Assembly (NCBI RefSeq): GCF_004010195.1
Contig: NC_057719.1
Location: 45,688,658-45,752,657 of the forward strand
Length of the DNA stretch: 64,000 nt
Reading direction: 5' to 3'
DNA from: Chiloscyllium plagiosum
Taxonomy: Eukaryota
The notes under the pieces: model-generated
The model's database searches: none
The model's input: the letters and a program-made list of their open reading frames with translations, nothing else
What the model was told of the DNA's origin: nothing
Shown here: one piece after another, positions 12,377 to 26,100 of the stretch
How positions within the stretch are numbered: the stretch's first letter is position 1
Layout of the letters: each line of letters begins with the position of its first letter
Program-made: the position numbers and the translations under genes

Positions 12377-13269
12377 TGACTAGCTCTTTGCTACTGATCC
12401 ACTCTTCATAATGGACATTCACATCCCCCACCAGAGTCCATGTCCTTGCTACCCTTAGTACTTAGTGGCATTAACATGAAGATAAGTGAGTCATCAGCCA
12501 ATGGAAGGAAGACAGTACACTGTAATTAGCTGGTTTCCTGTCTATATTTGACCTGCTGTGATGAGGCTGCATGGTGTTCAGAGTCAATGTTAAAGGCTCC
12601 CAGGACAACTCCTTTACGACTTTATGTCAGGACTAGATGGGAATGTGAAGAAATCATAACAGCCAGCATCTAACTGAACAGCACAGCAGACTCAAGATCC
12701 CAAATGGACCACTGCTGCACTGAATTTATGTGTGTCCCAGTGTGTGACCTGTGGCTAGGTCATGCCTGCAAGAACCATAAAAGCCCTGACAAATAGGGTA
12801 AATCCTAATACTTTCCCTGATTCCGTGTCACAAGTGGAAGAATATCCATGCATGTTCATTCTCTCCCACCCCATGATTTTTTTTTAAAGATTTCACTAAG
12901 AATTGTTTCCTGACAGCATTTATAGAGGTTGGCCTACAGGAACAGAATGTTTCCAATGAATGACAAGAGGACAATAATTCATTAATTGGATTGTCATATA
13001 CCAGTTAGAAGGCCAGTGTTTGTATCATCTAGAGTAGTTACTATGTTGGTTAAATAAACATTTCAGCATTTATTGCAATCCAGCAGCAAATGTAGCCCAA
13101 CTATAGGTATCAGGAATTTTGTCCGTGTGCAAATAATGAAATCCAACTATATACATCCTGAAAAATCTTTGTCCCAAAATAGTTAAGACATTCTCATAAT
13201 GTACTGCTTGAAAGCATCTCTAAATAACAGTCCTCAAACACACAATTACATTACTATGGCTGCTTGTCC

Positions 13270-14160
13270 TCAATATATTTTCCTGCTAAGGAAATTGGTT
13301 TAGCAGCAGGAAATTGTAAGCAGTGTAGATGGAAGTGTACAATTACAAAATAACATTAATGGATTGAATGAATATGCAAAAGTCTGGCCAATGGATTTTA
13401 TCACAGGCAATTATTTAACCATCAATTTTCACCTTGAAATGGTAGATGAGAGGACTTTCTAAGTCATGCGAAGTGAGAAATAGTGGATGTCCAAAAAAAG
13501 ACTTGAGGTCAATGTAGATAATGCATTAAAATGCTATGAGCAGGTACAAAAGTAGATTCATATGGATTCAAAATGTAAATCGGCTCCTCTCTCCACATAT
13601 ACTGCCAGATCTGCTGAGTTTCTCCAGTATTCTCTGTGTTTGTTGCAGATTTCCAGCCTCTGCAGCACTTGGCTTTTATATAGAAAGTAACTTGGGAGGA
13701 GTAGAATACATGTGAGTAGATGTTATGCCTAGTTGCACCACATTGAGCAGTCCTAGATGCCATGACTCAGAAGCAATTTATTAGCCTTGGATGGAGAGTA
13801 GTATAGTTTCTAAGATTCACCAGAAAGATACCTAGATTCCAAAGATGCAATTACATGGAGAGATGTAATGGACTGTACTTTCTGGAATTTGAGAGGTTAT
13901 GATGTGGTTTGAGCTCAGATTTTAAAATAGTAATGGAAACTGAAAAGACAAGTCGAGAGTACCTACTTTTCCTGGTTGGTGAGTCTAGGATGGAAAGTTT
14001 GGAAAATTGGAGTCAAACCATTCGAAGTTGAACTAAGGAACACTCTTACACACAGTGAGTGGCAAACATTTGTGACCTTCTTCCACGAAAAGCAACTGAT
14101 GTGAAATCTAAGATTACTAAATTTTTAAAATTAAATCAAGGTTTTTGAGGGATATGGAAT
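13270..14160 (+). mobile_element. Very old CR1 3' fragment, with a small family-D PLE remnant at about 13585-13680
   Basis: Residual similarity to the CR1 RT C-terminal and 3' regions elsewhere in the window. Confidence 0.45.
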
Positions 14161-14204
14161 ATTTCACTTTCTTCTTTCAGACACTCCCTCAGACTAAGCT
14201 TTTG

Positions 14205-14320
14205 GGCATATGGGCCAGGTGCTGGCAGGTGGGACTAGATTGGGTTGGGATATCTGGTCGACATGGAAGGGTTGGATCGAAGGGTCTGTTTTCATGCTGT
14301 ACATCTCTATGACTGTATGA
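14205..14320 (+). mobile_element. CR1 3'-end fragment
   Basis: Near-identical to 12265-12376, ending ctctatgactgtatga. Confidence 0.8.
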
Positions 14321-15968
14321 CCCTATTTGACCTAATATTGCCTGGCATGTGATGTGATGAGGTGAAATAAAATGACTAATTTACTTTATATTGCTCCAAT
14401 GAAATGGCTAGATGTTTTATTATGCTAAAGACACATCTATAAGTAAGCTGTTGTTGAAAAGACAGACAGGTGAATGGAGTTTGACAAAGAGTAGCCATAA
14501 TCACATTAAACTTTGAGTTGTCTCTGAGGGGCTACATAGGTTTCTCTGTTCCTATAAAAAGCAAATGTTACAGGAGAAAAATTCAAACATTAGAATATAT
14601 TTAGGGAATTTTAAAATAAGCTTACTATATTTAAAAAAAGTGACAGACTGATCCACAGCCACTAACCCCTGTTTTATCTAAATTGGCTATGACTTTCTGT
14701 GTGCCATGTCAAAGGGAATTGATTTGCTTTTTGAATAGTTGTCAAGATTAGTTGAAATTTGAAATGAACAACTACTAAAATTGGAACCATTCACCAAACA
14801 TAATATACTGTCAGTAATATCCAATTATGATGACTTTTCAACTTGTTCATATTACACCAATTAATTCAGGTATAAACTGAAATGTAACAGTAGGTCAGAC
14901 GAACCTTATCAAGCACTTGCAAAATTTGTTGACTTAAATAGGTTTTGCTGGGTTAAAGATACAGATGCTAAATTTGACCAGCATAATTGGTTACGGAAAA
15001 AAAATCATCTCAAGTTCCTGCCTGCCTTGATCAGCAAATGCTGTTGGAAGCATATATGCAGACATCAAATGAGGAGACAATCAGGCTCATTGATGCAGAC
15101 TCTTCCACCCATGTGTGCCTCCCTATAGAACTTCCATTTTGTCAAAATTCAAGAGGCGTATTGAAACGCACGGCCAATACGCTAACAACGCTTTCTGGAC
15201 AGAAGGATGGAAGGACAGAAACATTTACAAATTCACATTCACCATCTTGGACACTTTAATAGACTTAAAATTAGGACAGAACCTGTGAAATTATGATTAA
15301 AAAGGAGAATGTCATGGTTTAAAAGGTAAACTTGAGGGTTTGAGTCTAGCTCCACAAGATCTTCTATAGTCAGTTAGTGTCTTTCTGCATTTGGGCTCAT
15401 CTTTGGTCTGTTAAACTTTATGTAGTTTCTACTTCTCTATTAATTTGACAGGATGCTCAGTCAATTTCCAAACAATCCCTGATCCATGCAAAGCAGTGAA
15501 AACAGTGAATTTGATGGAGCAATGACCTGTAGTTGTGATAGCAAACTGGCTGTGCAAATTTCAAAGGCATGCAGCCTTGCTTCTTAGTCACTGCTCAGCA
15601 CTTCAATGTTCATCTTACACAATTAAATCTACTGCGCTGCGGTAGTAGATAAAATCATTAATTTCCTGTACTTAGCTCCACTTATGAAGTGACTTGAGAC
15701 ATCTTCCCAATTAAGTGTTATACAAAGGTATGCTGCAGTCACAATAACTTGCAGCAATACAAAATAGAATTTATTGGCAAACAAATGGGGGAACATAAAT
15801 CTCAATGGCCTGTGAACTTTTAGAAACATAAATCTTCTGCAGGAATTGCGAAAACAAATTTTGATGTTACGTGTGAGTGAAAGTAAGCGTTTTACAGAAT
15901 TTCTTTTAATGCTTTCACAAACCTCAAGCACAGAATTCTTGGAAAAGAAGGAATATGTAATCACTTAC

Positions 15969-16053
15969 AGATAGATAGCATCTTTCTGGATGTACATTCT
16001 CAATACCATTGTGCCCCTGAGGGAATATGCAGCTTCAATAAAGGCATCATTTT
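15969..16053 (-). CDS. TXNDC16: TXNDC16 internal coding exon (85 bp, phase 1 to 2; last found in window)
   Basis: gtttcag|AAAATGAT...ATCTATCT|gtaagt. Translates (E)NDAFIEAAYSLRGTMVLRMYIQKDAIY(L), resembling human KEDFSEAGNYLKGYVITGIYSEEDVLLL. Phase is consistent with the upstream exon. Confidence 0.88.
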
Positions 16054-16722
16054 CTGAAACATAAGACAGGCTTTTAGGGCACTCAATTTCTTAAAGTTGA
16101 TGAAGGCAAAAAGTTGATTTCAAAGGCAAACACAAAAAGATTAAAGTTTCAATTTTGAGAAATATATTAATGATGCAACTTGATTTTTAGAGATTGCAGA
16201 GTGTAACCTTGTGTGTTATAGTCCACACAGATTCTGTATGGTAACAATTACAACATATTTTGGGATCTCCATGAAAGGGATGTTTATTTCTTACTGGAAA
16301 TTTCAGAATGGAAATAACACAATTCCAATATAGCTCAGTTGGCTAAATGATTTGCATGTGGTTCAGAGTAATACCAACAGCATGGGTTCAATTCAGGCTC
16401 AGAGAGACTTGGACCTCCCTTCGCTTCCTTCCCCAAGTATGGAAAGCAATGGCAAACCACTATTGACAAAAAATTGCCAAGAAAACAGTTCAAGATGAAG
16501 GAACAACATCAGACAACAAGCCTTTGAGGAAAGCACACATGGAATGGAATGGAAATATGGTAGTTGAGGAACACAAAGTTACAACATTTAAAAGGCATTT
16601 GGACAATACAGGAATAGGAAAGGTTTTGAGGGATATGGGCTAAATTTAGGCAATGGGATTAGTTTGATTTGGGAAATTTGGTTGGTGCAGGCACATTGGA
16701 ATCAAGGGCCTGTTTAGACTGT

Positions 16723-18090
16723 AAGACATTGGAACAGAAATTAGGTCATTCAGCCCATCGAGTCTGCTCTGCCATTCAATCACAGCTGAAATGTTTCTCA
16801 TCTCCATTCTCCTGCTTTCTCCCCACAATCCTTGATCCCCTTGGTACTCAAGAACATATCTATCTCAGTCTTAAATATACTCAATGACCTGGCCTCCACA
16901 GCGTTCTGTAGCACTGAATTCCATAGATTCACCACTCTCTGGTTGAAGAACTTTCTCCTTATCTCCATTCTAAAAGGTCTTCCCTTTACTCTAAGACAAT
17001 GCCCTTGGGTCCTAGTCTCTCCTACCAATGGAAACATCTTCCCTACATCTACTCTGTCCAGGCCATTCAGTATTCTGTATGTTTCAATTAGATTCCCCCT
17101 CATCCTTCCAAACTCTCAAATATAAACCGTGAGTCCTCAAACATTCCTCATAGGTTAAGCATTTCATTCCTGGGACCATTCTCATGAACCTCCTTTGAAC
17201 CTGCTCCAGGGCCAGTACACTCTTCCTGAGATATGGGGCCCAAAACTGCGCACAACACTCCAAATGTGCGCCAGAGCCTTACAGAGCCTCAGAAATACAT
17301 CCCTGCTTTTATACTCAAGACCTCTCAAAATAAATGCCATCGTTGCATTTGCCTTCCTAACTACTGACTCAACCTTAAAGTTTACCTTAAAGTTGAAAGA
17401 ATCTAGGACGAGAACTCCCAAGTCTCTTTGCACTTCAGATTTCTGAATTTTCTCCCCATTTAGGAAATAGTCCATGCATCTATTCTTCCCACTAAAGTGC
17501 ATGACCTCACACTTTCCCATGTTATATTCCATCTGCCACTTCTTTGCTCACTCCCCTAACCTGTCCAAATCCTTCTGCAGTCTCCTCACCTCCTCAATGC
17601 TACCAGTCCTTCACCTATCTTTGTATCGTCTGCAAACTTAGTGAGAATGCCCTCAGTTCCTTCATCTATATCGTTAATGCATAAAGTGAAAATTTGTGGT
17701 CCCAACATGTGCCTTGTGGAACACCACTTGTCACCAGCTGCCATTATGAGAAGGACCCTTTTATCCCCATTCTCTGCTTTCTGCCAGACAAGCTTCTATC
17801 CTCTGACACAATGGGCCTCTTATCTTACTCAGTAGCTTCCTGTGTGGTACCTTGTTGAAGGCCTTCTTGAAGGTAGATAACCTCCATTGGGTCTCCTTCA
17901 TCTAACCTGCTCGTTACTTCCTCAAAACATTCTAGCAGATTTGTCAGGCATGACCTCCCCTTGACGTAACCATGCTGACTTTGCCCTATTTTAGCATACA
18001 CTTCCAAGTATTCAGAAACCTCATCCTTCATAATGGATCTTACCCAAGACTGAGATTAGGTTAATTGGTTTGTAATTTCCCATTTTGTGC
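16723..18090 (-). mobile_element. 5'-truncated CR1 LINE (second subfamily)
   Basis: ORF pieces QHGYVKGRSCLTNLL, MEYNMGKCEVMHF, RDLGV and RGNLIETYRIL...VVNLWNS. Confidence 0.9.
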
Positions 18091-19343
18091 TTTACTCACT
18101 TACTTTTGCCTTACTTACTTTCTGTAATATATTTACCATTCCTCTTCTCATTGTCATTCGTTTGTCCAGAGTGCTTGAAGTTTGATTGTTAACCCTTTCC
18201 ATGTACTCTGTCCTATGTGTGTCTGTGCTGGAGATTTTAATAACGTCTCCTGGACTTTGCACTCTTACCTCTGCCTTTCATTCAGGTTTTCTAATTTACC
18301 TGATAAATTAGAAATTTCCACCCCCCCCCCCCCCCCCCCGTCCACCACCTATTTAGCTTAAAGCCCTGTCTATAGTCTTAGTTTTGCAATGCACTCGGAC
18401 TCTGGTCCCAGAACGGTTCAACTGAAGACCGTCCCATCGGAACAGGTCACTTCTTCCCCAGTACTGGTGCCGATGACCCATGAATTCAAACCCATTCCTC
18501 CAACACCAATCTTTGAATCACGCATTTACCTGCTTAATCTTATTGACCCTGTGCCAATTAGCTCGTGGCTCAGCTAGGAATCCAGGGGTTAATTACCTTT
18601 TTGTGTTTCGGTGCTGTTTGACTCTATAAGAAAGGAAGGTAGTAATAGGCCAGTAAGCTCACTGCCCACTCTCATATTTAATGAGATCATTGCTAATCTT
18701 GTACTTCAAAATCATTTTCCTGCATTGTTCCCCTCCCCTCCTTATCTGTTAATGTTTCTAAAATGTAGAAATTTATTGGTATCAGCCCTGAACATAACTA
18801 AACACTGAAATTCCCACAGGCGCATGGGGGCAAAAAATTTCAAAGATTCAAAGTAGTGATCTTTCTGGTATTCAATTGGTCATAGCCTATCAACCCGAAA
18901 ATGATTCATCTATTTATATTCTATGTTTTCTGTCTGTTAACCAGTTCTCAATCCATGCCAGTATATTCCACAAATCTGAAGTGCTTTAATCTCTTGTGTG
19001 GGACCTTATCAAAAGACTTAAACATGCCACATCTACTGGTTCCCCTTTGTCTATTCTGATAAGTAATATACACACAAAACTCCAACAGGCTTGTCAAATA
19101 TGATTTGTCTTTCATAAATATAAAGTAGACTAGATACAATCATAACATTTTTTTCTAAGTGTCTGTTGTCACATCCTATTAGATTCTAGCATTTTACCTA
19201 CAACTGATATTGGGCTAATAAGTCTGTAGTTTCAGGTTTTCTCTGTAGTTTTCTGTTATTTTCCCCTGGCGATGAAGAACAAGTGTTGAAAAATGTGATG
19301 CTGGAAAAACACAGCAGGCCAGGCAGCATCCGAGGAGCAGGAG

Positions 19344-19378
19344 AATCAACGTTTCAGGCATTAGCCCTTCTTCAGGAA
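19344..19378 (-). ncRNA. Minimal hammerhead motif (family A) in a PLE pseudo-LTR fragment at about 19285-19392
   Basis: Minus strand TTC-CTGAAGA-A-GGGC TAAT GCCT-GAAA-CGTT-GATT. Immediately followed on the plus strand by a short inverted copy gaagggcttatgcccga. Confidence 0.6.
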
Positions 19379-20462
19379 GGGCTTATGCCCGAGGAATGAT
19401 TGGTAAGGGATCAGGTGGGCACTCATATAAACTGTTCCATTTGGTGCTCCTCCTCCTTCAATCAACGGCAGAAAAACAATTACTTTTCTGACCTTTCTTA
19501 GCTCCATAGAAGAAACACACTGGACTCAAATCATTAACTCAGTTGCTCCCTCACAGATGCATCTAGGTCTGTTGAGTTCCTCCGGGACTTTCTGTTTTTA
19601 TTTCAGATCTCTAGCATTTGCAGTGCATAGCTTGTATTACAGAAGTATTCCTCTGATCTAAAACAAATGTTAGCCACACTTGGAACACTTCCCTTACTGT
19701 ATTTTTTTGTTCTTTTTTCGTAAATGTTCTTTAAATTGTCCCTCTACCATCGTACATTTTTTTGTAAATGTATTTATTGGCCAAAAAAAACTTTGTTTTG
19801 ACTTTACAAAAATATAAAGTTGTTAAAAAAACACAAATACCAGTATAATAAACAAAAATGCAAATTACAATGCAACTACTAATCTACCCTATAAACAAAC
19901 CAAAACCAGACACTGTGCAAAACAATACCAATAAATAAGGAAGTGACTGAACAAAAAACAAAAGAACACACAAGAACACAGAATAACAATGCTGGGCACA
20001 AAGCTTCCAAACCAAAAAACGGGAGCGTTTTATATATATACCCATATACTCAGGAATCCTCTTCCAGGGCCCAGGGGTCAGCAAACCTAACCATCCTGGT
20101 TAAACTAACGCCCTAGTTAAGATAGCAGACAAATCTGTATTCAAATAACTCAAAAAGGGCTGCCATGTCTTATAAAAAAGGTCTGTGTTGTGGTGCACCA
20201 TATTCATGAAAAATTAATTTTCACCATCCCAGCAAGCCTAGTGAGTTCTCAGACACCCAATTCATCAGAATATTCTTCTGTGCATAGTAAGTAAGAATAT
20301 CAAATAGTTTCTTCCCATGCCTTCCTAAAGATGATAAATTCGGGAGACCCAGGAGATGTCGAGTCTACTTTAACTTTGATCCTCAATACCCTCCCTATCT
20401 CTGCCGCCTCGGCGCCCAATAAGCATGTGCCTGTGGCATGTCCAGAAGCAATAGGTAAGAGT

Positions 20463-20659
20463 AGATTAGATTCCCTACAGTTTGGAAACAGGTCCTTCGG
20501 CTCAACAAGTCCATACTAACCCTCCGAAGAGTAATCCACCGAGACCCATTTCCCTCAGACTAATGCACTTAACACTACGGGCAATTTAGCATGGCCAATT
20601 CACCTGACTTGCACATCTTTGGACTGTGGAAGGAAACTGGAGCACCCGGAGGAAACCCG
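20463..20659 (-). mobile_element. 5'-truncated HE1-like SINE inside the L1/Tx1 element
   Basis: Matches 28330-28520 (gcaatttagcatggccaattcacctgac...ggagcacccggaggaaaccc). Confidence 0.85.
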
Positions 20660-22465
20660 TCCATCACCACTTAAAGGAGAACCTAGGGCCACCTTCAGCT
20701 TCTGCCACTTTCTTAAGGTCCCCCAAAGGCATAGCCTCCAACTTTGCAAAGTTGACCTTATATCCTGAAATAGCCCTAAATGAATTGATACATTGTATCA
20801 GATGGGATACGGAGGTCATCGGGTCCGATAAAAGCAGAAGGACATCATCCGCATACAGTGTAATCTTGTGTACCCTCGATCCCACTTCTGGAGCGGTTAT
20901 GTGGACATTCTGATGAATGGCATCTGCCAGCGGCTCTATCACCAACGTAAATAACAACAGTGAGAGGGGCAGCCCTGAAAACCATCCCTACCAATCCCAA
21001 AGTTCCCAGACTTCACCCCGTTGGTGATGACCACGGTCAGAGGGTGGTAATATAAAACTCCACCCTCCTAGCAAAGACCCCATTCAACCCAGAATCTTAA
21101 CATTTGAATTTAATAGAGAGATGGGCCTGTATGAGGCACAATCCTCAGGAACTTTCCCCTTCTTAAGAATGAAGGAAATATTAGCTTCTGGTAGGCAGTC
21201 ATGCATATGGAGTGATTGTACATCTCCAACATCGGCCCTGACAGAATCCCTATAAACTCCTCATAAAACTCACCCGGGAGACCATCAGGGCCAGGCGCTT
21301 TCTCACTTTGAAGTTGCCTAACTGCCTCCTGTATTTCCTGAACTGTCAAGGGTGCATTAAGGAGACAGGCCTCTTCCAGGGTTACCCCCAGAAGGTCCAG
21401 GCTCTTAAAAATGGTTTCCATCTTGACCTACCTGTCCTCAGACCAATACAATTCAGAGTAAAAACTCCGAAAAGCCTCTTTAATCCTTTTGACATCGTAT
21501 GTAAGGACCCCGCGCTGTCTCTGATTGCAGTAAGGGATTGGGGAGCTAGTTTTTTCCTAGTCAGATATGCTAAATACTTCCTTGGCCTATCCCTATACTC
21601 ATAGAACATAGAACAATACAGCGCAGAACGGGCCCTTCGGGTAAAATGAAGGATGCATGGCCTCGACCACAGATGGGATTTAGATACAGCGTGAGGAAAT
21701 TTAGGATGAAAACAAGCAGTAATCTTGTTACGGGTTGTGAAATAAAGGCGAAAAAGCAAGCATATACCACAAATCCATTTCATGTCTCAGTTCATGCTGA
21801 GTTTCTAAATTAACAGTTGTGGGTATTGTATGATCGATATCCCTTGAAATTTCTAATGCCTGCTGTGATACGCCAACTACCTTACCTGAGCATCACAAAG
21901 CTGAATACTGACCACAGCCATGTCTACAAATAGAGGAGAGTTCCTGGATAGTTCAGGCCTCTTGTGGGAACATCTGTTCATGACCATCAGTAAGAATGAC
22001 CATTATATAGCCCTTATGGAGACAAAGATCCATCTTCATATTGAGGACATCTGTTGTACAGCACGATGATGAATAGCATTGACTTCAAACTGATCTATCA
22101 ACTAAAGAGTGGGCACCCATGAGGCAATGTGGGCCATCAGGAGCAGCAGCAGGATTGTACTCCAGCACAACCTGTAACCTCATAGACCAGCATATTCCCC
22201 ACTCAATCATTACCATCAAGCCAGAGGATCAACCTTCGTTCAGTGAAGGCATTCCTAAAAACGAGGTCTCAAACCCTGGTGAAGCTACAGCACAGGACTA
22301 CTTGCATGCCAAACCACATACACAGAAAGGGATAGACAGGACTAAGAGATTCCCAACCAATGGATCATATCTCAGCTCTGCGTTCCTGTGACATTCAGTT
22401 TTCAATGGTGGTGAACAATTAAACAACTCACTCCAGGGAAGCCTCCACAAATACCCTTATTGGCA

Positions 22466-23181
22466 ATAGAACATAGAAAATACAGCGCAGAAGAGACCCT
22501 TCGGCCCTCAATGTTGTGCCGACCTGTGAACTATTCTCAGCTCGTCACCCTACACTATCCCAAAATCAACCATATACTTATCTAAGGATTATTTAAATCT
22601 CCCTACTGTGGCTGAGTTGACTACATTAGCAGGTAGGGCATTCCACGCCCTTACCACTCTCTGCATAAAGAACCTGCCTCTGACATCTGTCTTAAATTTA
22701 TCACCCCTCAATTTGTAGTTATGCCCCCTCGTACACGCTGACATCATCAACAAGAGACTTTCACTGTCTACCCTATCTAATCCTCTGATCATCTTGTATG
22801 TCTCTATAAAATCCTCTCTTAGCCTTCTTCTTGCCAATGAGAACAGGTTCAAGTCTCTCAGCCTTTCCTCATAAGATCTTCCCTCCAGACCAGGCAACAT
22901 CCTGGTAAATCTCCTTTGCACTTTTCCAATGCTTTCACATCCTTCCCGAAATATGGGGACCAGAACTGTACACAATATTCCAAGTGTGGCCGCACCAGCG
23001 TTTTGTATAGACGCAGCATGATGTTGCAGCTCTGGAACTCAATCCCTCTACGAATGAAACCTAATACACCGTATGCCTTCTTAACAGCACTATCCACCTG
23101 GGTGGCAACTGGATGGCAACGTTCTGGGATCTATGTACATGGACTCTAAGATCCCTCTGCACATCCACACTACCAAGAATC
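22466..23181 (-). mobile_element. 5'-truncated CR1 LINE (third subfamily, GTTCTAT-type tail) inside the L1/Tx1 element
   Basis: ORF pieces LVRPHLEYCVQFWSP, RRFTRMLPGL and VVRAWNALP. Tail atagaacatagaa. Confidence 0.9.
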
Positions 23182-26100
23182 TTGGCTAGCAAAAGCAAGT
23201 TCTTTCTTTGTGCTCTGTGGTGCTGAATTCAGGGCAGACCAGAGGGCCGTGATCCACTTAGTTTGGTTAACTAAGGTCTTGCAAAATATGCCACCTCAGC
23301 GGCTTTCAGCCACGTCTCAATTAGATGCTGCTATTCCTCCTTCTGTTGTTTCCGGCTAGTCGAACTGGAAATAGCTAGTCCCCTAGCAAAGGCCTTAGCA
23401 GTTTCCCATAGCATAGATAGACTACTAGCCACGCATGAGTTGGTATTCAAAAACTCCTGAAACTCCCTCGAAAAGAATTCCACAAATTTGGAATCCTTGA
23501 GGAGAAAAGGATCCAAGTGCCAGTGCCGTGAGCCTAGGCCCACACTCTTGGCCTTAAGCCACAAATATGCCATCATGTGATCAGAAATAGCTATGGTTCC
23601 CAATTTTACAACCCAGAATCGAATCCAGAAGGGCTGAGGGCACCAGAAAAAGATCCATCCTTGTAGATATTTAAGCGGGTCTGAAAAAAAGGTGAAGTCT
23701 CTGCCAATAGGGTGAAGACATCTCCAAATGTCCACAAAGCCCAACTCCTCACATAAGTCAGTCACCTGCATGGCCCGCAAAGAGATAGTTGGGGACTCAC
23801 TAGACATCCTGTCCACTGTCAGATCCAAAAGGCAATTGAAACCCCCCCCGCCCCACTATAATAATGTGCCATGTTCCAAAGGCACTCAGCTTAGAGAAGG
23901 CACTGATCAAACATTTGAGGGGATGTGCCAAAGGACAGTAGACATTTAAGATGCCATATTTCTCCCCATGTATCAGGGCCTTAAGTATCACAAACCGTCC
24001 TTGCTCATCTTTCACCTGTTCTAATAATGTGAATGGAAGGTTTTTCTGGATAAGTATAGCCATTCCCCTACTTCCCTGTCAACCTTCAGATCGATACAAT
24101 TCAGAGTAAAAACTCCAAAAAGCCTCATTAATCCTTTTGGCATTGTGTGTAAGGACCCCGGCACTGTCTCTAACTACAGTAATACCCAATCATAAACCTA
24201 CTGTTGTAACTTCACATGTTCCCCATCATCACGATGGGTTTCCTGCAACAGAGCACTTTCAACCCTTTACCTCTTAAGGCTAGAAAGCACATTTTTCCTT
24301 TTAATAGGCAAATGACTTCCCTTAATGTTCCAGGTGCACCATTTAACAAGACACTTAGCCACATCCCCTACCAGAGACCCTTGAAACTCCGGGGAGGGAG
24401 AATGCAGCTTGCAATATGCCGAGCACAAGTAAACGAAGACTCAGAGCTGTAAAATTGTGTACACGAAAACCACTCGAAGATAACTACAAATGACTATTGC
24501 TACCAAAAAACTACAAAGAAAACCAACTATAAAACCTTGAATGGGAGACTCTCCCCTCGCCCATATGGGGCACTCACCCTACCCAATCCCCCCCTTTACA
24601 GCTCCTTCAAGCCAGATTGCGCCCCCAGCCTTAGGCAAAAAAAAGTAAACAAGGAGATTATCCTTAACAAAAGAAGACAAAGTCAGATAAGCACTCCCCC
24701 ATCCATGGCTCCATGTCAGCCCCAATTATGACTAAAAGAGAAAAAGAACAAAAAAAAAGTGGAAAACAACAAAGAGCACCCATTATATTTCCCATGATAA
24801 AATCCACTCATAAAAAATATAATAGGAACAACATATTCCAAGATTTTTTTCTCCTTTCTTAAAAAAGATTATTAGGGAGAGAGGAAAAACAAAAGAAAGG
24901 GAAAAGGGAAAACACAGGGAAAGAAGGAAAAGAGGACAAACATTAACCATATTCTTCAGATCAGTTAGTCTATTTTAAAGTGTCCACAAAGTTCTTGGCT
25001 TTATCCACCGAGTCAAACATATAAACCGAATCCTCGTGGCTGAAATGGAGCACCACCGGGAACTTCATGCAGTCCTGGATGCTCAGGTTCTTCAGCTTCT
25101 TCTTAACTTCATTGAGGAACTTCCTCTTTTGGACTATAACTGCTGAGAAATCTTGGAAGAACATAATTTTTGACACCTTGCACAGCGGTGGTTGTGGATT
25201 TTTCTCCACTGATCTGGAGGCTTCTATCACTCTTTGCTTGTCCCTGTATGTGAGAAAGTGCGCTAGGACCGGATGGGGGCACTGTACCGGCCTGGATCTG
25301 CACACTGACACCCGATAGACCCTTTCAATCGAGGGCCTGGATTCACCCGGACAAGGACTCGATCGCAGCTTCCGAGGCCTTGGCTCGACCCGCCACCTCT
25401 TCCATCCGCGCCCCAAGGCCCTGGAGCTCCTGTTCATGATGGGTTGGATCTGGGCACGAATCTCCTCGAACGCAGCCTCTAAGTTCGCGGCACGTCTTGT
25501 CACCGCCACCAGCAATTCCTGCAGGTCCGTGAAGTTCCTTGGGGGTTTGAGAGAGACCGCTGCTCAGCCTCTGGTGCACCTGGTGCTGCGGGGGAGTGTC
25601 CTTCCTGCTGGTGTTTGCTCCCTTTGGCATCCATCCCATTCCAAATTGTGAACAAATATATGTTCTCAAAGTTTTAAATTAACAATTCTTTCATAGAAGT
25701 TAGCCAAGGACGGCAAAAAATACACCAATTGCTGAGCCGTCTAATTCTAATGAGTCGCCGCCATCTTGCCAAGACCTACCATTGTATATTTTAACAGTTT
25801 CCTAATTCACTATCGCCAATTTGTCCACCACAGTTTCATTACTTCCTGAGACCAGATTGTAAACCCGAATGTCTGATTAAACTGCATCATTCTCAAACTT
25901 AATTTAGAATATTATCATAGTGTGGTCACTATTCCTAAAGGCTCCTTTACAATGTTTTCTTGATACTTGGTTTAACAAAGCCCATTCTGTATTAGTTCAA
26001 AGAAAGCAATTCAATACATGTGACACTTTGAAGGCCAGGCCAAAACCTTGCCAAATCTGTCAAGCATGGAAAATGTACCATCCCAACCTGATCTTATCCA

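Larger units (their letters stand above)
19757..25770 (-). mobile_element. Near full-length L1/Tx1-clade LINE (ORF1 + ORF2), decayed and interrupted
   Basis: ORF1 C-terminus IMFFQDFS...MKFP (24970-25515). APE pieces AILIQKNLPF, GRFVIL, DIWR and ISDH. RT pieces KAPGPDGLPGEFY, LFTLVIEPLA, LYADD and SGYKVNFAK. 5' end caagatggcggc at about 25770; AATAAA and A-rich end at about 19757-19780. Confidence 0.9.

Noticed and set aside
1..15968. Next downstream TXNDC16 exon (expected to resemble human STKYAASLPALLLAR...)
   Set aside because: Candidate AG/GT-bounded segments near 13080-13157 and 14990-15060 hit stops or lacked similarity. The exon probably lies outside the window, although I may have missed a diverged one.
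18320..18339. Poly-C run (also the G-run near 33390) as a functional G-quadruplex
   Set aside because: Simple homopolymer within or near decayed repeat sequence. Nothing supports function.
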